A program made the position numbers and the translations under genes. A DNA stretch of 64,000 bases from an uncultured Holophaga sp. (GTDB taxonomy: Bacteria; Acidobacteriota; Holophagae; Holophagales; Holophagaceae). Below are positions 9,241 through 18,572 of this stretch, piece by piece; within the stretch, counting starts at the first letter, position 1; the number at the start of each line of letters is the position of its first letter. The stretch is from the NCBI GenBank assembly GCA_963664825.1, contig OY761614.1:1632001-1696000 (forward strand), in the 5' to 3' direction. The notes under the pieces were generated by a model. It was given only the letters and a program-made list of their open reading frames with translations, was not told the DNA's origin and searched no databases.

Positions 9241-11448
9241 TTACACGACGCCCCGCGCCTTGAGCACCTTCACCATGGCGTTGACCACATGGATGCCCTT
9301 GGTGCCGCGGCCGAAGGTGGCGTCCAGGCCGGTTTCCTTGGCCATATCGCGGTTCACCTGGGTGCCGCCGGCGATGAGGATGATCCTGTCGCGGATCCCC
9401 TTCTCCCGGCAGAGTTCAGCCAGCTTCCTCATCTGGGTGCGATGCACGTCGTTGTGGCTGATGATCGTGCTGATGAGGATGGCCTGGGCGCCGGTTTCGA
9501 TGGCGGCGTCCACCAGTTTCCCGATGGGCACGGAGGTGCCCAGGTAGTGGTATTTCACGCCGTATTTCTCGATGCCGCCGTGCTTGATATCCAGGATCTC
9601 GCGAAGACCCACGCTATGTTCGTCTTCGCCCACGGTGCCGGCCACCACCCGGAGGCCCAGCTGCTTGGCCACATCCCGCAGTTCCTGCTCGGGCAGGATG
9701 ACTTCCTTTTCGGGGATCTTGAGGGTGGTCTTGTCGATATCGAAGGCGACCTTGCCCTTCACCTCCACGAAGCAGCCTTCGGAGGGGTGCATGACCATGG
9801 TGTTGATGACCTCGGGATCGAGCAGCCCCATCTTCTTGGCCATCTCCACGGCATAGACCGGGGCGATGTCTTCGTTCTGGGGCACGAAGAGCTGGATGAG
9901 CACGGTGCCATCCCCAGCCCATTCGGCTTCGGGCTTGATCATGTTGCCCTTGCGGTAGGGGAGGGTTTTGGCGAGGCGGGCGTTGCAGCTATCCTCGGGA
10001 TCCAGTTCGTCGATGAAGACGATCTTCTCGGGGCGGCAGAGGGTGCATCCGCCGATGGCGTCACAGGCCTTCTTTAATCCCGCGGGCAGGTGGTTGTTTC
10101 CGAAGTGATCACAGACCGGTGCGAAGTAATCCTCATCCCGGACGATGAGGGTCCCTGCCCCCACGCCCCCCTTGCCGTCCCGGGCGATGCCATCGCCGTT
10201 GCGCTCGGGGTATTTGGCGGAATCCACGAAGAAGCCCTTCTCCACGGCGGCGAAATAGCCGCCGTTCTCCATGACTTCCTCCAGGAAGGCGACGGCGCGC
10301 TCCTTGAGATCGCGCACCATCTCGCCCAGAGGGCCCTCATGGTTGAGGGTCACCAGTTCCTTGATGCCATCCAGGGCCGCCCAGGTCTGCTTCACGGTCT
10401 GGATGCCCCGGATGTTGTTGTAGTGCCAGGGCACATTGCGGCCCTCGTCGGGCGTGATGGTCGACTGGATATCGGCGCTGGTCAGCATGGAGATGAGCGT
10501 GTCGACGGTGTGGGTGCGGACCGCCTCCTCGATATCGGCTTCGATGTAGCGCGTGTTCTGCTGGGCGCGCATTTTGAATTCGCTGAAGAAGTCGCGCAGG
10601 GCCACGGCGTAGGGCAGGTCGTACCAGAGCTTGGGCGCGGGAGGTGAATTGGGCGGCACGGTGGAGAGTCCGATGAGGCTCTTTTCCATGCCCACCGCCA
10701 CTGAGAAGGCGCAGTTGATGCCATGCTGCACCATGAGTTCGGGCATCACCAGCCAGCCGGCCTTGGCCGTGGCGTTGGCGTTGTGGGCCCCATCGATCTG
10801 GAAGATGCGGGCGCCAGCCATGACGCGCTTGGCTTCGGCGGCGTCCACGAAGGAGCGGTACATGTTCACGTTGCGATAGAGCACGTTGTACTGGGGGTCC
10901 TGATGGGCGCCATTGACGCCCTCTTCGGCGAAGAGCACGGCGACTTCGGGACCGGCCACGCCGGAGACGTAGCTATGGAAGTTGATGGGACGGCCCACCT
11001 CTTCTTCGATCAGGTCGCAGGCCTTTCGGGAAGCGCGGATCTGCTTGCGTGTGATGGGCACGCCGCCGATGCCTTCGGGAGTGCCCTCCAGCAGGCCATC
11101 GATATGGCTCTGGCCGGTGGTGCGGATCACCATGAGATGGTCCGCGCCGTGCCAGGCCGCCATGCGCATGCGGCGGATATCGTCCTCGAAGCGTCCGGAG
11201 GCTATTTCTGTGGTGACGACGCACTTGGGCTGGGGGTCGATGTTATCGAAGTACTTGGAGGCCGGCAGGCCGATGGAGTGCTTCAGGGGCGTGGACATAT
11301 CCCGGAAATGGAAGGGCCCCATGTTGACGCCTTCCGTAGGCACATCGCGCCAGGTCCAGCCCTTGCGGGGGGGATGGTAGTTCTCCAGGTCCTCGAGGAT
11401 GTGTTCGATATCGAGCTTCTTGGTGGGATCCAGGGGTTGCTTGGTCAT
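9241..11448 (-). CDS. oraE: D-ornithine 4,5-aminomutase large subunit (AdoCbl/PLP)
   Basis: EIASGRFEDDIRRMRMAAWHGADH, HQDPQYN, C-terminal B12 domain GEDEHSVG...DIKHGG; ATG at 11448. Confidence 0.95.
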   Translation of the reverse strand: MTKQPLDPTKKLDIEHILEDLENYHPPRKGWTWRDVPTEGVNMGPFHFRDMSTPLKHSIGLPASKYFDNIDPQPKCVVTTEIASGRFEDDIRRMRMAAWHGADHLMVIRTTGQSHIDGLLEGTPEGIGGVPITRKQIRASRKACDLIEEEVGRPINFHSYVSGVAGPEVAVLFAEEGVNGAHQDPQYNVLYRNVNMYRSFVDAAEAKRVMAGARIFQIDGAHNANATAKAGWLVMPELMVQHGINCAFSVAVGMEKSLIGLSTVPPNSPPAPKLWYDLPYAVALRDFFSEFKMRAQQNTRYIEADIEEAVRTHTVDTLISMLTSADIQSTITPDEGRNVPWHYNNIRGIQTVKQTWAALDGIKELVTLNHEGPLGEMVRDLKERAVAFLEEVMENGGYFAAVEKGFFVDSAKYPERNGDGIARDGKGGVGAGTLIVRDEDYFAPVCDHFGNNHLPAGLKKACDAIGGCTLCRPEKIVFIDELDPEDSCNARLAKTLPYRKGNMIKPEAEWAGDGTVLIQLFVPQNEDIAPVYAVEMAKKMGLLDPEVINTMVMHPSEGCFVEVKGKVAFDIDKTTLKIPEKEVILPEQELRDVAKQLGLRVVAGTVGEDEHSVGLREILDIKHGGIEKYGVKYHYLGTSVPIGKLVDAAIETGAQAILISTIISHNDVHRTQMRKLAELCREKGIRDRIILIAGGTQVNRDMAKETGLDATFGRGTKGIHVVNAMVKVLKARGVV

Positions 11449-11461
11449 GTCTCGATCCTTC

Positions 11462-11812
11462 CTAGAAGAGGCCATTGAGCACGTTCTTGTCGTCGAGAAT
11501 GGCCTGGGCGGCACCTCGGATATCCCGGCCGCACTTCTGGGAGAGTTTGAGGACGACGTGGCCTGCCCCCTTGCCCAGCAATCCGGCTTCCAGGATGCGG
11601 TCCACGACCCCATGGCTGGAGACGCTATCGACGCCCATGCGCAGCAGGACGGCCCGTTCGATGGAGGGGCTGGTGTGGGTTCGAGCCAGTTCGACGATGG
11701 GCTCCATCACCTTGTGGGTCAGCTCCCAGAACCGGGCCTTGAGCTGATCGTCACCCAATTTCGCAAGTTCCTTCCGGCGCGTCTCGAACCGGGCGATTCG
11801 TTCATCGGTCAT
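11462..11812 (-). CDS. oraS: D-ornithine 4,5-aminomutase small subunit
   Basis: RFWEL, HTSPSIERAVLLRMG, GLLGKGAGH; precedes oraE. Confidence 0.93.
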   Translation of the reverse strand: MTDERIARFETRRKELAKLGDDQLKARFWELTHKVMEPIVELARTHTSPSIERAVLLRMGVDSVSSHGVVDRILEAGLLGKGAGHVVLKLSQKCGRDIRGAAQAILDDKNVLNGLF

Positions 11813-11827
11813 GGGTTCTCCTTGGGC

Positions 11828-13228
11828 TCAGATCTTTTCGACGTGCTGTTTCACCCATGCCACCGTCGATTTGATATCGGCGGCGAGGAAGGCGAAATCG
11901 TTCTCGGTCCACTGGGCCACGGGATGGGCCTTGATGGCGTTCTTGAGGTAGGAGTGGCGAAGGTGATCCATGTCCTGGACCTTGCCGCGCACCTGGTCGA
12001 GATGTTCGGGGATGACGATGGTTTTGCCTGGGATATTGCCCGAGGGGTCGCCCACTCGGACCTCGATGCCGTTCTCCCGGGCGAAGGAGAGCTGGCGGTT
12101 GTGGTGCTTGCCGGCGCCGGTGTACTCCGTCTCCTGGACGACGACGATCTGGTCCCTGTCCATCTGGCGGGCCAGGGTCATGGCGGCCGTGAGGCTGGTG
12201 TTCCCGGCGGGGCCCCGCTCCAGGCCTTCGAGTTTGGTGAGCAGCTCGGTCACATAGAACACTTCGCCCTGGGTGACGAGCTGGTATTCATCCATGTAGC
12301 GCAGGGACCGGGCGGCGTTCCTGGGCACGTCCACGCGATCGGGCCAGGTGGCGAAGGGGATGCCGAAGCCCGTGTGGCCGGTGGTGAAGGACTTCTTGTT
12401 GAAGTCCGTGTCGGAGGCCATGTGCAGGCCCGCCAGATCCACGGAGCAGGCCACGACCCGGGCATTGCAGCCCGCAGCCAGGAGTCCGCGCGCGGTTCCG
12501 GTCAGGTTCCCGCCCCCGGCGTGTGTGATCACCACGGCGTCGGGATCCTTGCCGAACCTGGCCCTCACTTGTTCGGCCACCTCGACGCCGAGGGTCTCCA
12601 CGCCCCGGATGCCGAAGGGGGTATAGAGGCTGGCATTGAAGAATCCCGTTTCTTCCAGGGTCACCAGGAGCTGGTAGAAGAGTTCAGGGCCCACGGAGAG
12701 CCGCTGCACTTCGGCGCCGTAGGCCTCGCAGGCGCGGGACTTCTCAACGATCTCCGGTTGGCCGATGCCTTTGGAATCGAAGACCTCCTGGAGGATGATG
12801 CACTTCAGGCCGCGCATGGCGGCCTGGCTGGCTACCGCGGCGCCATAGTTGCCGCTGGTGGCGGCGGCGAGGCCCTTGTAGCCCTTCTTCTGGGCCTCGA
12901 AGGCACTGATGGCTGCGCGGCGCGCCTTGAAGGATCCGGAAGCGTTGGCCGCCTCGTCCTTGACCAGGATGCGCGCCCCCTTGCCGGGGGCCGCCGTGCG
13001 GCGCACCGCTTCGGTGAGGTTCGTCAGCTCGTAGAGGGGCGTATTGCCGACCTTGGCCTGGGACTGGATGCGGACCACGTCCTCCAGGCTGTAGCCGGTC
13101 TCGCGCATCATGCGCTCGTAGTCGAAGGCCACGGGGCTCTGGATGAAGTCGTTGTAGTCCATCCCCATGGACGCCTTCATGATCTCGTTCTTGCGGCCCA
13201 TGACTGCGGCGTAGCCCATGTCGCGCAT
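11828..13228 (-). CDS. ortB: 2-amino-4-ketopentanoate thiolase beta subunit (PLP)
   Basis: KDEAANASGSFKARR, ATSGNYGAA, ERGPAGNTS, QETEYTGAGKH; ATG overlaps the ortA stop by 1 nt (TGATG). Confidence 0.93.
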   Translation of the reverse strand: MRDMGYAAVMGRKNEIMKASMGMDYNDFIQSPVAFDYERMMRETGYSLEDVVRIQSQAKVGNTPLYELTNLTEAVRRTAAPGKGARILVKDEAANASGSFKARRAAISAFEAQKKGYKGLAAATSGNYGAAVASQAAMRGLKCIILQEVFDSKGIGQPEIVEKSRACEAYGAEVQRLSVGPELFYQLLVTLEETGFFNASLYTPFGIRGVETLGVEVAEQVRARFGKDPDAVVITHAGGGNLTGTARGLLAAGCNARVVACSVDLAGLHMASDTDFNKKSFTTGHTGFGIPFATWPDRVDVPRNAARSLRYMDEYQLVTQGEVFYVTELLTKLEGLERGPAGNTSLTAAMTLARQMDRDQIVVVQETEYTGAGKHHNRQLSFARENGIEVRVGDPSGNIPGKTIVIPEHLDQVRGKVQDMDHLRHSYLKNAIKAHPVAQWTENDFAFLAADIKSTVAWVKQHVEKI

Positions 13229-13500
13229 CAGAGTTCCCTCCCGATTTTGAGGAGTTCGGGCACCGTGTTTCCGAAGCTGTGGTTGTAGCTGGGATTCACC
13301 AGGCGTAGGACGCCCCGATGCTCGTGGCCGATGAGGGAACGCACGCGCACCTCCTGGCCCAGGTCGGCATCCTCGAGGAGGAACCCGGAGATGCGGAGTA
13401 TGTAGGGGGTCTTGGCCGTGTCTGCGGGGAGATTGGCTGCGCGCTGCTCTGGTTTCAGGAGCACTCGCTCGATCTCGACCCAGGTTCCACTCTTGATCAT
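13228..13500 (-). CDS. ortA: 2-amino-4-ketopentanoate thiolase alpha subunit
   Basis: WVEI...L.PEQRA.NLP.DT...NPSYNHSFG..VPELL; lies between ord and ortB. Confidence 0.92.
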   Translation of the reverse strand: MIKSGTWVEIERVLLKPEQRAANLPADTAKTPYILRISGFLLEDADLGQEVRVRSLIGHEHRGVLRLVNPSYNHSFGNTVPELLKIGREL

Positions 13501-13519
13501 GGTTCACCTCGAAAAAAAA

Positions 13520-13619
13520 CACCACGGAGACACGGAGGGCACTGAGCAATGAACACGGAGAGAAAACGACACTCTTATTTCCTCCGCGATCCCTCTGTGT
13601 CCTCCGTGTCTCCGTGGTG
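13520..13619. repeat. Long intergenic inverted repeat (REP-like, cacggagacacggag type)
   Basis: caccacggagacacggagg (13520-13538) is the exact reverse complement of 13601-13619. Confidence 0.85.
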
Positions 13620-13632
13620 CATCAGTGCTTTT

Positions 13633-14688
13633 TTATTCGCAGATCAGCTCGCGCATATCGCCCATGATGGCCCGGGGCACAGGCAGGTCGATCATGGTGT
13701 GCAGGCCGGGACGGGCATTGATGACATGGGGGATCATGTTGATGCACATGGCGATGGTGCCAATGCCGCCGGGGATCTCGGGCTTATTGGAGAGATTGAC
13801 ATTGGGTGTGCCCTTGATCACCACGTAGTCTCCCGTGTCCGTGCCCTCGAGCTCGGGCTCGATCTGCTGGGGGTGGTTCATCTCCACGGCCAGCTTGCCG
13901 TTCACATAGCCATAGCCCTTCATGGTGCAGCCCGCCACGTTGCCGGGCTTCACCTCGGCGTACTTGGTCTTGCGCAGCACATTGGAAACGATTGGGGCCA
14001 TGGTCTGCTCCACGGCCTTGTCCAGCTTCCAGCCGATGGCATCGCAGATCATATTGACGGATTCGTTGAAACCCACGTGCCCGGCCAGGTGGCCCGATGC
14101 CGATTGCTTATTGAATTCGTCCAGGGTGATGCCCACGCCCTGCTCTTCCATGACCGCGGGGCCGAAGGGGGAGAGGCTGTTCACGCGCTCGCACTTCACG
14201 AATTCGACATCCGTGCAGGCACCGGTCATGAGGATGGCCAGGAGATCCATGATGAGGCCGGGGTTGATGCCGGTGCCCAGCACGCTCACTCCGTTGGCCT
14301 TGGCGATGCGGTCCATCTCCTTGGTGAGTTCGGGCTCCTTGGCCTTGGGGTAGGACATCTCTTCGGCGGTGGAGACGACATTGATGCCCAATTCCAGGAT
14401 CAGCTTGATCTTGTCGAAGGCCTTGGCCGTGAAGCTATCGGTGGCCAGGAGCACCACGTCACAGCTCTTCTTGGCGATGATCTTGTGGATATCGCCCTGG
14501 ATGGTGATGTCCTTCCGGTCGCCCCGGGAGATGCCGAGCACCTCGAACATGCTCTTGTTCACGCGAGCGGGGTGGATATCGCAGACGCCGATGATATCCA
14601 CGCCCTTCTTGCGGAGCAGGACCTCGGCCATGCCGCTTCCCATGGCGCCGAAGCCCCAGATCGCGACCTTCACGTTTTCCTTTTTCAT
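13633..14688 (-). CDS. ord: 2,4-diaminopentanoate dehydrogenase
   Basis: WGFGAMGSG Rossmann motif, STAEEM, LGTGINPG, HVGF, PEIPGGIGTIA; GGGAGG RBS. Confidence 0.95.
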   Translation of the reverse strand: MKKENVKVAIWGFGAMGSGMAEVLLRKKGVDIIGVCDIHPARVNKSMFEVLGISRGDRKDITIQGDIHKIIAKKSCDVVLLATDSFTAKAFDKIKLILELGINVVSTAEEMSYPKAKEPELTKEMDRIAKANGVSVLGTGINPGLIMDLLAILMTGACTDVEFVKCERVNSLSPFGPAVMEEQGVGITLDEFNKQSASGHLAGHVGFNESVNMICDAIGWKLDKAVEQTMAPIVSNVLRKTKYAEVKPGNVAGCTMKGYGYVNGKLAVEMNHPQQIEPELEGTDTGDYVVIKGTPNVNLSNKPEIPGGIGTIAMCINMIPHVINARPGLHTMIDLPVPRAIMGDMRELICE

Positions 14689-14849
14689 GATGTCCTCCCT
14701 TTGTGTTTCGGATGGCTTGAGAATGGATGAGGGTCGCTCAAGGTTTCCTCAGTATGAGGTAGCTTCGGGGTCTTGCTTCCCTTAGCGGGTCGTGGTTGGA
14801 ACTCCGCTTGGGGACGCCCCCGGGACATGGCATCATCGGAGGGCATACG

Positions 14850-14891
14850 GGCAGTATATTGCCTATCATTTTTTGTGTGCAATATATTGCC
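14850..14891. promoter_or_regulatory. Two palindromic operator candidates GCA[A/G]TATATTGC
   Basis: ggcagtatattgcc (14850-14863) and tgcaatatattgcc (14878-14891) in the divergent ord/regulator gap. Confidence 0.65.
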
Positions 14892-14901
14892 AGAGGTCTG
14901 C

Positions 14902-15468
14902 ATGCTCTTTGATCCAAGGCACTTGCTTCAAGCCATTGCCGCCCAACTCGTCCAGAAGCGCCGCGAGCTGGACTGGAGCCAGCAGGATCTGGCGGACCGT
15001 TCCCAGGTAAGCCGCCGCATGATCGGCATGATTGAAAGCGGGGAGAGCAATGTGAGTCTGGCCACCCTGGGGCATCTGGCTGCGGCCCTGGGCATCACCT
15101 TCTCCGAACTGGTGGGAAGTGGCAGTGCGCCGGGGGGGAAGGGCAGTCGCCCCGAAAGGGGGCTGCGGCTCTGGCAGGGCAGCCGCCCGGGCACCAAGGT
15201 GGATCTCCTCCAGAGCTTTCCCGCATCGCGTTCCGTGGAACTCTGGAAATGGACCATCGCTCCCGGCGACCGCTACCAGGGGGAACCCGATCTCCCGGGC
15301 TATCGGGAGATGCTGTACGTGGTCCGGGGCTTCCTGTCCCTGGAACGCGCAGAGGGCACCCAGCTCCTCAAGGCCGGGGACGCCATCGCCTTCCCCTCGG
15401 ATCGCCCCTATGCCTTCGTCAATAACGGCAAGAGCAACCTCGTGTTCGTGCTCAACGTCGTGGCGTGA
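14902..15468 (+). CDS. XRE-family HTH + cupin transcriptional regulator
   Basis: WSQQDLADRSQVSRRMIGMIESGESNVSL HTH; C-terminal cupin (ELWKW, EMLYV, AGDAIAF); GAGG RBS. Confidence 0.9.
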   Translation: MLFDPRHLLQAIAAQLVQKRRELDWSQQDLADRSQVSRRMIGMIESGESNVSLATLGHLAAALGITFSELVGSGSAPGGKGSRPERGLRLWQGSRPGTKVDLLQSFPASRSVELWKWTIAPGDRYQGEPDLPGYREMLYVVRGFLSLERAEGTQLLKAGDAIAFPSDRPYAFVNNGKSNLVFVLNVVA

Positions 15469-15471
15469 GGG

Positions 15472-16158
15472 TCAGACCGTCACCGTGCTGGCGGGGGCCG
15501 GTAGATCGAAGGCCATGCGGCCGTGGTCCAATCCCAGCACGCGCTTGCGCATGCGCTGGATGAGGCTGCGGTCGTGGGTCGCCACCATCACCGTGGTGCC
15601 CGAACCGTTGATGCGCTCGAAGAGCAACATGATCTCCTGGGCCAGATCCGGGTCCAGGTTGCCCGTGGGCTCGTCGGCCAGGAGCACCAGGGGGTCGTTC
15701 ACCAGGGCCCGAGCGATGGCCACGCGCTGCTGTTCGCCACCGGAGAGCTGCAGGGGGAAGCTGGAGAGCTTGTGCTGGAGGCCCACCATCTTGAGGGCGC
15801 GGAAGGCGCGCTGCTTCTGCTCCGAGTAGCTCACGCCCAGAATCTTCAGCACGAAGGCCACGTTCTCGAAGACGGTTTGGGCCTGGATGAGCTTGAAGTC
15901 CTGGAAGACCACCCCCAGCTTGCGGCGCAGGAAGGGGATCTCCGCTTCGGGCATGGAGGCCAGCTTGTGGCCTGCCAGGCAGATCTCCCCACTGGAGGGC
16001 ACCTGTTCCCGGAAGAGCAGCTTCAGCAGCGTGGACTTGCCCGCGCCGCTGGGCCCGGTGAGGAAGACGAACTCTCCGGGCTCGATATGGAAATTCACAT
16101 CGGCCAGGGCTGTGTGGATGCGCCCGTACTGCTTGCCGACATGGGTGAGGGAGATCAT
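15472..16158 (-). CDS. ftsE: Cell division ABC ATPase FtsE
   Basis: GPSGAGKST, VVFQDFKLI, LSGGEQQRV, LADEPTGNLD, ATHD. Confidence 0.9.
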   Translation of the reverse strand: MISLTHVGKQYGRIHTALADVNFHIEPGEFVFLTGPSGAGKSTLLKLLFREQVPSSGEICLAGHKLASMPEAEIPFLRRKLGVVFQDFKLIQAQTVFENVAFVLKILGVSYSEQKQRAFRALKMVGLQHKLSSFPLQLSGGEQQRVAIARALVNDPLVLLADEPTGNLDPDLAQEIMLLFERINGSGTTVMVATHDRSLIQRMRKRVLGLDHGRMAFDLPAPASTVTV

Positions 16159-16247
16159 GCCCAAATTCTACCCCGGAGGAAGGGCGGTTGACATCCTTGG
16201 GCTTCAGCGGGAATCTACAATTTTGCGCCAGAAAGCTTGGAGTGCTC

Positions 16248-17351
16248 ATGTTTGGCAAGACCCCTGAAGGAAGTACCGGCCGACTCGTACAACTCTGCAC
16301 TGGGTATTTCGCCTTTTACATCGCCACGGGCCTCCTGGCGAAGCTGTTCACGGATCCGATCCACGGCCATGCGGCTCTGATGAATGGAATATCCTTTCTG
16401 GTCTACAACACCCTGGGAGCCAATCTCACCTGCCTGATACCGGTGCTGTTGCTGGGTTGGTGGCACATGAAGAGCATCCGCCCCATCCGCCTCGGTCGCT
16501 GGGAAATGCCCTCCGAATTCCTCTACATCATCCCCAGCGGCATCTGCACGGCGGTGGTGATCCCCACCACCACGCTGATGTACACCCTGCCCATCAGCGT
16601 GATGGTGGCCATGGTCATCATGCGGGCCAGTGTCATTGTCATCAGCCGCATCGTGGACGCGGTGCAGATCCGCCAGGGCATCCTGAAGAAGCGGGTCTAC
16701 TGGGAGGAAAACGCCGCGGTGGTCTTCGCAGTGGTGGCCGCCTGCATCCAGCTGTTCATGCCCGGAGGCAAGAACGGCGGCCAGCCCAGCTTCATCCATA
16801 ACATGGCCGCAGTGGTCATCCTCGGCAGCTACTTGCTGGCCTATCTGATCCGCATCTACATCATGAACTACTACAAGAACACCCGGCCCAAGGGCGCCAC
16901 GTCCGATAACCGGCAGTTCTTTGCCGTGGAACAGATTGCCGCCTCGGCCACCATGGCGCTCATGGTCATCGTGGTGATGCTGAGCCCCCGGTTCTTCCCC
17001 TCCTGGATGAACCTGCATCAGGTCTCGCAATTCGTGTCCGCTGTGCGCCAACCCCAGGCAGGATGGGGATGGGCTTCCCTGGCCGGGACCACCTTCGGCG
17101 TGGTGGCCTTCTTCAGTGTCTTCATCTTCATGTTCAAGGGGCGCACCGCGACCTTCACGGGGCTGGTGAACCGGCTGACCTCCCTGGTGGCGGGCACGGC
17201 AGCCACCCTGCTGGGTTGGTTCTTCCTGGGCTTCGCGTTCCCTAGCCTTCAGGATTGGGTCAGCCTGGGCTTCGTCTTCGTGGCCGTGGCTTTCCTCTCC
17301 CGTGCCGAGAAGAAGCGCACCTTGGAGATGGCGGCGGCCCAAGAAATCTGA
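16248..17351 (+). CDS. Uncharacterised polytopic membrane protein (about 10 TM)
   Basis: Multiple hydrophobic helices, host-like codon usage, GGAG RBS before ATG at 16248. Confidence 0.8.
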   Translation: MFGKTPEGSTGRLVQLCTGYFAFYIATGLLAKLFTDPIHGHAALMNGISFLVYNTLGANLTCLIPVLLLGWWHMKSIRPIRLGRWEMPSEFLYIIPSGICTAVVIPTTTLMYTLPISVMVAMVIMRASVIVISRIVDAVQIRQGILKKRVYWEENAAVVFAVVAACIQLFMPGGKNGGQPSFIHNMAAVVILGSYLLAYLIRIYIMNYYKNTRPKGATSDNRQFFAVEQIAASATMALMVIVVMLSPRFFPSWMNLHQVSQFVSAVRQPQAGWGWASLAGTTFGVVAFFSVFIFMFKGRTATFTGLVNRLTSLVAGTAATLLGWFFLGFAFPSLQDWVSLGFVFVAVAFLSRAEKKRTLEMAAAQEI

Positions 17352-17426
17352 CCTTCACCTGCTTGGTATCCACTGCGTGGATATCAAGGCCTGCTTTGGT
17401 GGGCCTGACGGATTATTTCGGGTCCT

Positions 17427-18572
17427 TCACCTGTATCTCTGTTTCAGCCATTTTTGCGGATCCTGTGGCTGGGCGAGGTGGCGGATTTCGAAGCCCAGGC
17501 GCGGGCCCTCCAGGGTGTCGCCGGAGGTTCCGACAGATTCACCGGAGCGCAGGATCTGGCCCTTGGTGACCTGGAAGTAGCGCAGATGGGTGTAGATGCT
17601 GCAGAAACCTCCCCCGTGGTCCAGGATCACCATGGGGCCGTAGTTCTGGTAGATCTCGGCGAAGATGACCTTGCCTTCGGCCACGGAATGCACGGGCGAA
17701 CCGGGCTCCGTGGCGATGAGCAGGCCCGTTTGGACGGTCTTGGTCTTGAAGCGGGGATGGAGATGGGTGCCGAAATCCTGGGCCAGGGATCCTTCGGTGG
17801 GCCGGGGCAGTTCACCCCTCAGGCTGGCGAAACTGGTGGAGGTCTCGAAGGTCTCGCCGCGCGGTTTGCCCAGCAACTGGGTGAGCATGCGCTCCAGTTG
17901 GAGGGCCTCTTCGGCGAGTTCGGCCTGCATCTCCTTCTGCTTGGACTCGTCCTGGCGGAGCCCGTCCAGGAAACCCTGGAGGCGCTCCTCGTTGAGCCGG
18001 AGGGCGGCCTGGAGTTGGGCCGCCTCTCGCTCCTCCTGGGCCAGGCGTACGAGGGCGGCCTGAAGATCCTTCTCCCGCAATAGGAGGTCGCCCTGGAGGC
18101 GCTGGACCTGCTCCAGCTTGCGCCGCTGCTGGCTGCGCCAATATTCCAGATAGCGTCCACGGGTGAGAAATTCCTCGAAGCCCTGGGTGGAGGGGAAGAG
18201 GCCTAGCCCCCCCAGGGGGCCCAGGGCCTGCATCCACCGCACCTGTTTGCGGATCTCGGTCCTCAGTTGGAGGATTTCCTTGTGGATGCCCTCCTTGCGG
18301 GAGGTGATCTGCTGAACTTCACTCTGGGCCTGGTCCCGCTTGATGCGGGCCCCTTCGGCCTGGGCCCGCATCCGGTCGGCCTGGAGGGAAATGCCCTGGA
18401 GTTCCACCAGCACGCCCTTGCGCCGCTTCTTCAACCCGCCCAACTGCTGGTCCACCTGGGAGAGCCGGGCCTGCACTTCCGCGAGGCGTTGCTTGATGCG
18501 GGCGGAATCCTGGCCGGGCGTCTGGGCTGGAAGGACCAGGGCCGACAACACCAGGAGGGTGCGCAGCTTCAC
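17427..18572 (-). CDS. envC: Murein hydrolase activator EnvC-like (coiled coil + degenerate M23 domain)
   Basis: Signal peptide, long coiled coil, C-terminal VAEGKV..YGPMVILDHG..IYTHL..FEIR. Confidence 0.8.
   Translation of the reverse strand: MKLRTLLVLSALVLPAQTPGQDSARIKQRLAEVQARLSQVDQQLGGLKKRRKGVLVELQGISLQADRMRAQAEGARIKRDQAQSEVQQITSRKEGIHKEILQLRTEIRKQVRWMQALGPLGGLGLFPSTQGFEEFLTRGRYLEYWRSQQRRKLEQVQRLQGDLLLREKDLQAALVRLAQEEREAAQLQAALRLNEERLQGFLDGLRQDESKQKEMQAELAEEALQLERMLTQLLGKPRGETFETSTSFASLRGELPRPTEGSLAQDFGTHLHPRFKTKTVQTGLLIATEPGSPVHSVAEGKVIFAEIYQNYGPMVILDHGGGFCSIYTHLRYFQVTKGQILRSGESVGTSGDTLEGPRLGFEIRHLAQPQDPQKWLKQRYR

Noticed and set aside
14689..14850. Possible cobalamin riboswitch in the ord leader
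   Set aside because: No B12 box or other conserved riboswitch motifs found on the minus strand.
16188..16221. TTGACA...TACAAT promoter for the membrane gene
   Set aside because: The spacer is 22 nt, too long for sigma70.
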